DNA of 64,000 bases from contig OZ286474.1 of assembly GCA_965644265.1 (NCBI GenBank), positions 57,846,001 through 57,910,000 on the forward strand, written 5' to 3'. The stretch comes from Glycera tridactyla (taxonomy: Eukaryota). Positions 50,717 to 60,321 of the stretch are shown piece by piece. Every line of letters begins with the position of its first letter. Position 1 is the stretch's first letter. The notes under the pieces are model-generated. The model saw nothing but the letters and a program-made list of their open reading frames with translations, was not told the DNA's origin and did not search any database. Both the position numbers and the translations under genes were made by a program.

Positions 50717-53700
50717 TCTTTTGTATTGCCTAACAATCAGCCTCTCAATGTAGAGCACATCAACTTGGTTATTCTTCGTTCAACATTATCGTTTTTTTCT
50801 GTCGTACTAGGACAGAAGATAAATGACATGTGTCGACAAGTCACTACCTGTGAATAGCGCGGTAGATTGAAATCAAAATTGCAAGGTCACATCCGACCAC
50901 ACATTGATATCACAGACGGCATGCCCTGGTGTTGGGCGGGTTACATATTCAGTTTCAAAACCTTCCACCAGATGACACTCGCAGTTTGATGCATTCTACT
51001 TGAAACGTCAGGATAACCCTCAATAGGCATTATGATTTCAGCAGTCGTTGGAAACCGAGATGCTTCATTCGATTCATGCTATGCTTAATTCGCTCAGTAT
51101 ACGGTAGATATAAAAAATGCGTCTATCTCACTTCCCAATTCTTTTCATCTATTATGACTTATCCCATTGGGTATCACAATATTCGAAGGACCTAAAGTGA
51201 TGTTATTGGTAATTTACACATATCTCTACAGATAACCAGAGGGGGATGGTTGGGTTCCATGTGCACTGGGCACGAAGGAATAGGTTGTCAGGTCAGGAGG
51301 TCACCATTTCCAAGAAAAGAAACAGAATCCCCTAGCTTCGTCTTCAGTGTTATATAATCCGAAGACTTTTTCAGGCGCGGAACTGGGTCTAGAGCCGTAT
51401 TTTCACATTTGTTTGAATTTTCATGTAAACTATGATTGTCTGGTTGAGGAAACTATCCCTTTGAATGAATAATTTGCATGAGAACCAGTTGATCGGCTAT
51501 GTTGACATGCAATGAGAATAGGTAGGATTATCAAATAGTCTTCCTGGGTCAAATGATAGAAAAAATCACAGACACTCAATCAAGTATCATCTCAGAAGTG
51601 TATAGTAATACCGTATCGTATCGTGAGAAGTGTATCGAGATACACATTGTATCGTGATCCACCTGTATCTTACAACCTCTACTGGGCTGTGACTGTGATG
51701 GTATTTTGTTACAACAAACGGTCTCTCTATAGAGGCTACTTGTCTAAAAAGACCAATATATATTGCAAAAATGGGTGGTTATTCTGGCAGGCTCGATTGT
51801 ACTTGAGGTAGATGAATAGCTGATGACGCATTTCATTTATCATTAGTTGGCGGGAGCCGTGAGACACTCAAATGGCTGCCGTAAGTAGGTTCATCTTTAT
51901 TGCGCTTACACTGTCTATGCGTGTGGGTTAACATTGTCTATACTGACCTGGTAAAGTATATGGTGGTTTTGACCTGAAAAGGTGCGCAACTCGAGAGCAG
52001 GGAATGAACTCTACCGATCCGCCACACATCCAAATCTGTATCAAATATGAATAATCATCACATCACTGGAACATACCCAATGAGCTCATATACGTAGCGC
52101 GAATACATCACAGTTGAACAGATCACTAGTTACGTAGTGAGTATGGCATACTTGTCGTATTGTTCACTCCTCTATGACCCTCCACAATGGTTACTTTGCT
52201 AGGTCTTCTTTTCCTAGGTGTCTCGCGTAGGGGTCGTGGGTTCAACCCCATAACAAACACAACATTCAGAATTACACAGCAAAATGTCGATTGTTCGAGA
52301 CTCCTATTTCAGGGTTACTGGAGGTTACTCACCCGTAAGGATATTTCGATGTTCTCGGCGCCCCATATTTCCATCTCCTCGTCATATGCACCCATCTCGA
52401 AAAAGTACTTCCGGTCGATTCCGAATAGACCACCAGGCATCGCGGGAGAACTAGAAATGAATCATCCTGGTGCGTTTGAAATTGATTTCATATAATGGCC
52501 AGATATATTTAATGTGTGATGCCCGAGAAAGTGAAAAGCTTTTTGGGAAGGCAGAGCATGAAAGTTCCGTATTTAGATTGTGGCGAAGTACAGTTTGGCT
52601 GATGAGATTATCTCTGATATCCATATTGACTAAAAGACCATTTTGAATCTTCTCCCTGTTCATCGAGCTCAACTACTCCTGGAATCCATCACAATAGTAC
52701 ATCTGTATCACTGCCCCTTCCCATCAATCTTTGACTTCGATTGAAGGCGTTTGACGGAACTCTATCCAATGCTCAGGATTCGACTTTTGGAAGTATCCTT
52801 CTTTCAGAGTTAATGGATTGGAGGTGGTGCGTACCTTATTGGTCTTGTTGAGACGACCGGGGTCCGTTTTGCCTTTGCTTCCATCGGGAGCCAAATATAG
52901 GTCATGTCCCATTGGAATCCACCCAGTAGTGTAAGGGATGCCTGCAACCATCAATTTGCCAAGGAGATCCATGTCTTGAGGCTGTTGGTCACTCTGCGTG
53001 CCCGATACTGTTTTATGCCTCCAATAATTGATATGCCAGGGAGATCCTTGTCTTGAGGCTATTAGTCACTCAACGCCCCCCATATTGTTTTATGCCTGCA
53101 ACCATCATTTGCCAAGGAGATCCTTGTTCCAAGACTATTGGTTACTCTACGTCACCCATAGTGTTTTATGATAGGGATATGAATAACTACTGGAGTCGTT
53201 TACACAAGAGAATGAGTGAACGTTCTGCCTATGATTGTATCTGATGTGAGGTTTGAATCGAATTCGTAGTACGGTTTATGAGGGGCCAGTGATGCAGAGG
53301 TTGATAACAATTTGATATGACGGTAGTCTGCTGCAATTCAGTGATCAATATTTGGTTCATAAACGTTATAGCCCAAGGAATGGTCCTCGCCCAATAGTAC
53401 TGGAAATCTACTGCAGTTCCAAAACTAATAATTGGTGCACGGTAATACAGCATTGAACATACACTCCAGCCGATAGTGGTTGTAACCAACTGCAGTTCCA
53501 CGATCTATTATTGATTTTATATAAGTAATACAGCATGAAACATGCACTTCGGACAAAGTGGTCATAGTCGGCTACAGTTATTATATAAGTAATATAGCAT
53601 GAAACATGCACTTCAGACAAAAGTGGTCCTAGTCGGCTGCAGTTCCATGGTCTATTATTGGTTCTATATACGTAATACAGCATGAAACATGCACTTCAGA

Positions 53701-56360
53701 CAAAAGTGGTCCTAGTCGGCTGCAGTTCCATGATCGATTATTTGTTTTATATAAGTAATACAGCATGAAACATGTACTTCAGACAAAAGTGGTCCTAGTC
53801 GGCTGCAGTTCCACGATCTATTATCGGTTTTACATAAGTAATACAGCATGAAACATGTACTTCAGACAAAAGTGGTCGTAGTCGGCTGCAGTTCCACGAT
53901 CTATCATTGCTAATACAGCATGAAACGTGCACTTGAGACAAAAGTGGTAGTAGTCGGCTGCAGTTCCATAATATCTCAGTGGTTAATAGATCTAAGTGAC
54001 ACAGCATGAAACATGCACTTCATCCGATAGTTGTATCAGCTGGTTGCAATCACATTCTCTATGATTGGTTTATAGGTAATGCCGCATGGGACGCACACTC
54101 CACCCATGGGTGGTGGGAATCAGCAAGAGGCCTACACAGAGAATCTGCTGCAGTGGGAATCTGCTGCCGTTCTACAATCTGTGCGTAAGTATATCTGATC
54201 AGTACATAAGTAATCCAGCATGTGGCATACACCCTGTCGTCCAATAGTGTCCCGATAATAGGCAATATGGCACGGATTACACTATAGTCCTCGGAGTACG
54301 CTACGTTTGTAGTGCCAATGGACAATATTTGATACTATAATTCGGATTCGTTTCTGTACTAAAACATCATACAATAAGGTCCATCCAAAAATGTATTCTT
54401 GGTATGACATGAGCCAGCTTATGCGGCCGACCTCATACAGATCTCTATGACTTACTTGGGTAATGCCTAACGTAGACCTGTCGATTTGATCTATGATAGG
54501 CACAACAACAGCATCCCGTTTCTTCCTTATGCGCTCCACCAATGGTTCCAACCTACAGGCAAAATAGATACATGGTAAGGAGATGATGTTTTTAGAGTGA
54601 ACAAGATCGTTGTCTAGACTCTTTTAAAGGAAGTCCCATACACAATCCCTGTCTTCAAAATCGACATGCTAATTTTCTAAGCATGTAGGAATCGTAAACA
54701 TGTGAATACAGACAGGCGTATAATCGAACATGTTTCGTATCAGCTAGAGAGAGGTTCATTCTCAATGAATGAAAATGCTGATCGTGTCTGTGTGATACCC
54801 AGGAAGCCTAATTAATCACGAGCGTTCTAAATTTCTGTGCACTGCCATTTTGAAAATGAGCTGCCGTGATGGCGATGAACTGTCGATATACTTCCTGTCT
54901 CTAAAATCGCCATTCCTTCATCGAGAAATATGGACATAATCGAAAGCCCTGAAGATTATATTATTTGGTAAATATTCATAATAAACACTAATGATACGAC
55001 AATCTTGGATTACTTCAAATGATTTATTGGAGAGAGTTTTGTAAGACAGGAAATTGAGATACAAAAAATAAGTGAGGACTGGATGAAAGTGGCTTGGTAT
55101 CAGGTGGGTGGAAGCCAAGTGACACGAGCTTAGATGTGGTGATTATAGATGCATCACAATCACAATCCACGTATATGACATCATATATGAATTAATACCT
55201 AAAGCGGTACAGGAAGTGTTAATATCTACGGAATTAGCATCCGAAGCATTTGAAGTACCTAGATATGCGATGAAATGCCACCCCTACTCCCGGTCACGTT
55301 GCCAATAATCAGATTTGCCCGCATGCTTCTTGATACTTTATTTTCCGTACCCACATTTTATGTTAGTATAACCTTGAGCTTTCATGACAATCAATAGTTT
55401 GATGAAATTTATGAAGCTCTTTGAAGACCGTCACCAATTGCATCTGCATCATACAATGCAATGACATAGAGTCACAGTTGGAGCAAAGAGACGGCATGTA
55501 TCAAATCAGATGATGATGTATGCCCTGTGGTCCTGGTCTAGGAAAGCTTGATCTTCTGCCCCTCCCCCCCTTGCAGGCATTACTGGTGTTCTCGTGTGGT
55601 GTAGGTGTCTATGGAACTCAAAGGAACTGAACTTAATACGTCTCCCTTATGGAATTGTGCCAGTATCTACATTAATAGCATTTCGGTGAGGTGCCTACTG
55701 GTTTAGATTGACACCTGGTGGCGACTGGTGGAACTAATTGTTCCTCTTCTTTTGATGGATGTATGATACAATGATATACTCAAACTCTGTAACAGATATG
55801 CATAGCCTTTCATGCCGGTGAATTTGCTTCTTATTTCAAGGAAAAATGCTGAAACTTCATGGGCATAATAATTATTTCTCATTAAATCCAAGAACGGAAA
55901 TGCTGATTCTACACAGGCTGCAGTCCAAGCTTATGGGGAAAAGATGGATTTGTTGCATTGAATAAGGCATATATGATGATGAGAAGGGCCGGCATATCAA
56001 GTTGTAGATATCATAATGATTGGAGTAAAACACATTGACACAGATTTCAATGGTATTGATAGAAACAGGAAGTGGGAATCAGCTCACTGCAAGTGCCACC
56101 TTGTGTCAATACAGTAGGATACACTCATAGAAATTTCCGGGAGTAGATGCACATGCCAGCCATCGTACGCTAGAAAACTCACCAGCCAATCAAGGCTTCA
56201 CAGTGGGCATCCAAAAAGACAAGTATGTTCCCGCTAGCCGCTCGCGCACCAGCTGTGCGTGCTCGCGCAATCCCACTTCTGTTTGTGAGACGAACTATTC
56301 GCACGAGACCGGCAGGCCAAGTCTGGGAAACATGCGCCTCCAAAGGGATGCCAAGCTCAT
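45274..56360 (-). CDS. GALNT: Polypeptide N-acetylgalactosaminyltransferase (GT-A catalytic domain plus ricin-B lectin), 5'-partial
   Basis: Ten phase-consistent exons: 56183-56360, 54456-54552, 52835-52941, 52333-52450, 51948-52035, 50093-50193, 49561-49695, 49083-49190, 46262-46390, 45274-45423. Motifs: [72 protein letters not shown], three ricin repeats ending QQW. The paralogue number cannot be assigned. The exons for the TM helix and FHNE motif were not found in the window. Confidence 0.95.
46262..46390 (-). CDS. GALNT: GALNT exon, ricin beta repeat ([18 protein letters not shown]...LKVC...WEYNK)
   Basis: ctgttgtag acceptor, gtatgt donor, 129 bp. Confidence 0.85.
48250..49385. repeat. 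Local diverged duplications in GALNT introns
   Basis: ~48250-48408 matches ~48620-48778; ~48425-48602 matches ~49205-49382. Confidence 0.8.
49083..49190 (-). CDS. GALNT: GALNT exon, ricin alpha repeat (TGMCLEAS...[14 protein letters not shown])
   Basis: tttgtag acceptor, gttggt donor, 108 bp. Confidence 0.85.
49561..49695 (-). CDS. GALNT: GALNT exon ([28 protein letters not shown])
   Basis: atttcag acceptor, gtatga donor. Confidence 0.95.
50093..50193 (-). CDS. GALNT: GALNT exon ([25 protein letters not shown])
   Basis: ctcttgtag acceptor, gtaagt donor. Confidence 0.92.
50430..50713. repeat. (CTGA)n, (CACTTA)n-like and (TA)n microsatellite cluster
   Basis: Direct reading. Confidence 0.9.
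51948..52035 (-). CDS. GALNT: GALNT exon ([26 protein letters not shown])
   Basis: gatacag acceptor, gtcagt donor. Confidence 0.95.
52333..52450 (-). CDS. GALNT: GALNT exon, Gal/GalNAc-T motif ([39 protein letters not shown])
   Basis: tttctag acceptor, gtgagt donor. Confidence 0.95.
52835..52941 (-). CDS. GALNT: GALNT exon ([17 protein letters not shown]...RPI)
   Basis: ttgcag acceptor, gtacgc donor, 107 bp fits phase 0 to phase 2. Confidence 0.9.
52938..53170. repeat. 77-bp tandem repeat (3 copies) overlapping a GALNT splice acceptor
   Basis: tgcct(g/c)caa...gccaaggagatcc...ttgaggct...gttttat with period 77. Confidence 0.8.
53400..54050. repeat. ~83-bp minisatellite, about 8 copies, in a GALNT intron
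   Basis: Unit aatacagcatgaaacatgcacttcagacaaaagtggtcctagtcggctgcagttcc...; starts at 53591, 53674, 53757, 53840. Confidence 0.9.
54456..54552 (-). CDS. GALNT: GALNT exon ([33 protein letters not shown])
   Basis: cctgtag acceptor, gtaagt donor. Confidence 0.92.
56183..56360 (-). CDS. GALNT: GALNT exon with DxH motif ([30 protein letters not shown])
   Basis: ctacag acceptor, gtgagt donor. Confidence 0.95.
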
Positions 56361-57050
56361 CTGTAGATCAGAAAGAATCATTTCAAATCATCAAACGGAA
56401 AGAGAACTCCGCGAATTTTATCTGATTGTGACATTTGTCATCACCATTATTTTACATAAGATGCTGGTGTTATATTTGTGCCTGATTATGCAATACGAAC
56501 TGCCCGGGTCATATAAGTTCTCCCTAATCGAAATTTCATTCTCTTCATCTTTAAAGTGATATCATTCGAATATGAAATATATCATTGTCGCCCGCCCTGA
56601 AGGCGGGCGATCTATAATACGGGTTTGATTCTGGCTCATGGGCGCTGCCATTACACATGGAGCTGGAGGCAGCCGTAGGCTGCATCAGTGCAGTCCTTCT
56701 GGCTCTTTTAGCACTGGCAGGATGCAGCCTCGATGATTGAGGCTGGGAGGCAGTAGGACTATCCTCTAAGGTAGATATAAAGGTGGAGCAATCTTGCTGA
56801 CTCTCCTGAATNNNNNNNNNNNNNNNNNNNNNNNNNNNNNNNNNNNNNNNNNNNNNNNNNNNNNNNNNNNNNNNNNNNNNNNNNNNNNNNNNNNNNNNNN
56901 NNNNNNNNNNNNNNNNNNNNNNNNNNNNNNNNNNNNNNNNNNNNNNNNNNNNNNNNNNNNNNNNNNNNNNNNNNNNNNNNNNNNNNNNNNNNNNNNNNNN
57001 NNNNNNNNNNNNGAAAGGGAGGAAGAAGGAAGGGAATGAAGGAAAGAAGG

Positions 57051-57327
57051 AACCGTTGAATGCCCTCCCATAAACAGCATTCAAGTTTGGGTTTTCATGT
57101 CAGATGTCAGAATGTATTCATACCCTTCAAGTAAATATGTGTTCACTTCGGTTAGAATAGACTATAGCTTTCAGCGACGTCAATAGATTCACGTTGTTAG
57201 GCGTTGCTAGGAGACGTTTATGACGCACCCACTTGTGACGTCAGCAGATTTAGTGCAAGCTACACAACGGCGCCATTTGAATTACGCTGCCACTGTTCGA
57301 CGACGCATTCCACGGCAGCGCCTTTAC
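57051..57327 (+). repeat. Ngaro split direct repeat A1
   Basis: Near-identical to 63534-63807; one short substitution/indel patch seen. Confidence 0.95.
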
Positions 57328-57406
57328 GGGAATATCTCGCCAAGTTATACGTGGCTGTGAAGACAGACTTGGACAGTTCGGTGAGATCATTCCATGCTAT
57401 TTCGAG

Positions 57407-58060
57407 ATGTTGGGCGTTTTACCTCGTGCTTGCGTCATCGGGCACTCATTTACCAGAAGGTTAGGTGATTACGTCAGTGACCTGGCTGGCGGTGATATTT
57501 TGACAGCGTATCATCAACGTCTGGCAGTCGCCTATAACATAGAGGATGTCTACAGCGAGTTGATGTTTATTCATACTCCAAAGATGGAAGGAACTGACTT
57601 GGTCAATGCGATGACTGGCATGTCGTTGTTCATGCCCGATGTAGTTTTAGTGTGTTTGGGTTCCAACGATCTTTGTGGACCTAACATTGATGCCGTGGTG
57701 GTGGCTGAGCGCCTTTATAGGCTCGCTGAAGAAATACTTCAGTGTCCATCTGTTAAGAGCATCCATCTCCTTGGCTGCCTGAGAAGAACTGATAACATCA
57801 ATTGCACAGCTGACGAGTTCGACTTGCGTGTGCAGAAGTTCAATGATAGGCTCAGGGATTTCCGCAACGCGTGTCCTTACATCAAAGTCTACTATTTGAA
57901 GGGGTTTGCGAGGCGAAGCGACGGATCTGTCATGCCCGTCATCGAGTTCTCTACTGATGGCATTCATCCGGGCCCGGCTACAGATCACTGGGCCTTCGTA
58001 AAGTTTTACTCCGAGGTCCGCGGACAACTTTTCCGCATGCGACGTGAAATCCAATTCTGA
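57407..58060 (+). CDS. Ngaro SGNH hydrolase ORF (217 aa)
   Basis: VIGHSF (block I), VCLGSND (block III), TDGIH (block V). Confidence 0.85.
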   Translation: MLGVLPRACVIGHSFTRRLGDYVSDLAGGDILTAYHQRLAVAYNIEDVYSELMFIHTPKMEGTDLVNAMTGMSLFMPDVVLVCLGSNDLCGPNIDAVVVAERLYRLAEEILQCPSVKSIHLLGCLRRTDNINCTADEFDLRVQKFNDRLRDFRNACPYIKVYYLKGFARRSDGSVMPVIEFSTDGIHPGPATDHWAFVKFYSEVRGQLFRMRREIQF

Positions 58061-58657
58061 ATTGTTTGTTTGTTGTTTACGCATACACATTAGGTTTGAC
58101 TGATGATTATTTGTTCAACTCTGCATTTATATGTTGAGCAGGAGTGCTCCTAGTTAACTGAAGTGCTTTTTAATGTGAGTTTGAGTGTATTTTTCACTTG
58201 TGATGATCCATGTATCGGCCGAAGGGCTACCAAGTGGCAGAAGTGCTTTGTGCTGGCTGAAGTGCCTTTATAATGCAAGGTTAAGGTATATTTGACTCCT
58301 TCACTTGTGATCATGATCTTCATATGGGCTGAAGTGCAACTAATTGGCAGAAGTGCTGTTTAATGAATATCTATCCTTAGGTAGAAGTACCAATTTGTAT
58401 TAATCAATTTTCTCCCTGTAGCGGCCCGCTCGACTCTCGATAATCTGGCGCAGTGTTTTGATTATAATCTTCGCGCCTTTATGTCGCGTTCTTTTCCCGC
58501 CTTTTTTCCCATCGCGGTTCCGGTGACGTAGTCACCGATTTCGCTGACGTCACGGTCGTCATCGTGGCTCGTGACCGCTTTTCATTTTAGAACGTGCGCG
58601 GTTTCACTTCTGGTGGGCTCTTCATACTATCCTCGTATAGGATATTTAAACTGTGAA

Positions 58658-58981
58658 GTAAGTTAAGCTATTTCGCAATTCCTCCGCATGCTTGCTTCTG
58701 CCCTATTCCCGCATCTTTGATGATTTTAAATTATTTTCTCTACCGCGCGCTCTTGGGTATTGTCGCGCATGTTTGTGTAGTCTATCCAACCATCCCCCCC
58801 CTCCCCCCCCCTCCATGCGCTATTCCTTTTGCCCATTCGCTATTCCTTTTGCCACTATGTTATAAATTCCACCGCGCATTTTGGCCTATTACAGTTTTCT
58901 CTAAATTTTATAGAGTGCAAACCCCCCCCCCCCCCTCCCCCCGCCTTCAACTGATCTTTCCATCACCATCGATTGTTTCAG
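58658..58981 (+). other. Candidate spliceosomal intron in the Ngaro gag leader
   Basis: AA|GTAAGT donor, pyrimidine-rich body, aactgat branch-like site, ttgtttcag|GG-ATG acceptor. Confidence 0.55.
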
Positions 58982-58983
58982 GG

Positions 58984-60321
58984 ATGACGCGCAAACGCCC
59001 ATCACTGCCGGCTGGTGGAAGCCCGCCGTCTGGTAAACGCACTGTGAGATTGACAGCTCGGATGCAGTCATCTCCTATGGCTCCAGCCATTTATCCTAGT
59101 GCTAATACAGGCCCTTCAGAGCCGTTGGTTCCTGCCCCTACTTCTGACAGTGGGGTGGATTCTGCCAGCCCAGGCTCTGGATCCGGTCCACGTAATCTGG
59201 CGCAAAGGTTGGATCTAGCTAATGGTGTCATGAACTTGGCCGGCACCTCATCAGGCTCTAGTGTATCAACTGCCCCCTCTAGCTCGACTCAGCTTACAAA
59301 TACTGATGTGGCGTCTTTGTTGACTATAGTAAAAGATGCAGCTGCATCTATGAAGGCAGTAGCTGATACAGTGGCCACTCTGCGTTGTGATTTCACCACA
59401 CACATCCAACACTGTTCGCAGGATTCATCTTCGCAGGCCCCTGTGGATTCTGGCTTGAGTGCGGACACGCTTGTGACCTCGCCTGCGGCGGACGTGTCTT
59501 TAATCCCTGGAGCTAGTGCAGGTAATAGTGATTTGTCATCTGCCGCTGGTATTCCTTCTATCCAGCCATGCGATCCTATTAGAGTTCCCCTCTTGCCCGA
59601 CAATGTTCCCTCACCGCTCATGTGTTCTGGTCTGAAATGTGGAGAGGCAGTAGACCCAAAATTAGTAGCTATTATCTGGGCCGGCAACTATGTCAATCTC
59701 GCTTTATTGTTAAATATTGAGTTTGAACCTAAATTTGAACTGGCGTTCAATCCTAGTACCAGTGATGGAGCTTTAACCTTTGTGCAAAAGGGTAAACGAG
59801 TGATCAAAGACATTGCCCAGTGGTCTCGTGCTTTCGAGACCTTCATGGCGGTTCTCCTCCGAAAGCCGGGTTCGGGTCAGTTAGTATCTGAACTCCTCAC
59901 CTATTATCGCTTTGTCAAACAGATGGCGGAGGACCGCCTTGATTGGCGCTCATATGATGAGGCCTATCGACAGGAACGCAGCTTTATGACCTCTCCACCT
60001 TCCTGGGACACCATACGTACTGATTTGTATACTAGGTCCGTCATTAAGAGGTCGGCGCCTAACAACAAGTCCAATAGCATCCAGGAGCACAACCCCACGA
60101 AAGTCCATAAAGTGCCAAAGTACCACTGTTATGCTTTCCACAATCAAGGTCAGGAGTGTGAATTAGGGAAGGAGTGCCCATTTAAACACACCTGCCCCAA
60201 TTGCAGCAAGGGGGTCCACCCGGTATATAAGTGTACTGCCAAGAGTACCAAAAGTGAGGACACTAAGTTTGCAGGCACTAAGCCAAGCCCATCTAATGGA
60301 GATTCTGCGAAGTCCGCTTAG
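58984..60321 (+). CDS. Ngaro Gag-like protein
   Basis: Likely start MTRKRP at 58984 (frame open from 58717). Ser/Pro-rich N-terminus, WRSYDEAYR, C-terminal CCCH plus CCHC zinc fingers (CYAFH...CELGKECPFKHTCPNC...HPVYKC). Confidence 0.88.
   Translation: MTRKRPSLPAGGSPPSGKRTVRLTARMQSSPMAPAIYPSANTGPSEPLVPAPTSDSGVDSASPGSGSGPRNLAQRLDLANGVMNLAGTSSGSSVSTAPSSSTQLTNTDVASLLTIVKDAAASMKAVADTVATLRCDFTTHIQHCSQDSSSQAPVDSGLSADTLVTSPAADVSLIPGASAGNSDLSSAAGIPSIQPCDPIRVPLLPDNVPSPLMCSGLKCGEAVDPKLVAIIWAGNYVNLALLLNIEFEPKFELAFNPSTSDGALTFVQKGKRVIKDIAQWSRAFETFMAVLLRKPGSGQLVSELLTYYRFVKQMAEDRLDWRSYDEAYRQERSFMTSPPSWDTIRTDLYTRSVIKRSAPNNKSNSIQEHNPTKVHKVPKYHCYAFHNQGQECELGKECPFKHTCPNCSKGVHPVYKCTAKSTKSEDTKFAGTKPSPSNGDSAKSA

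Noticed and set aside
53400-54050. Regular ~83-bp array resembling a CRISPR locus
   Set aside because: Whole units repeat with no unique spacers, there are no cas genes, and it lies in a eukaryotic intron.
58717-58983. Hydrophobic 89-aa N-terminal extension of Gag from the TTG/ATG at 58717-58720
   Set aside because: The region is pyrimidine-rich (few stops by composition) and is bracketed by donor and acceptor signals, so it is more likely an intron or leader.
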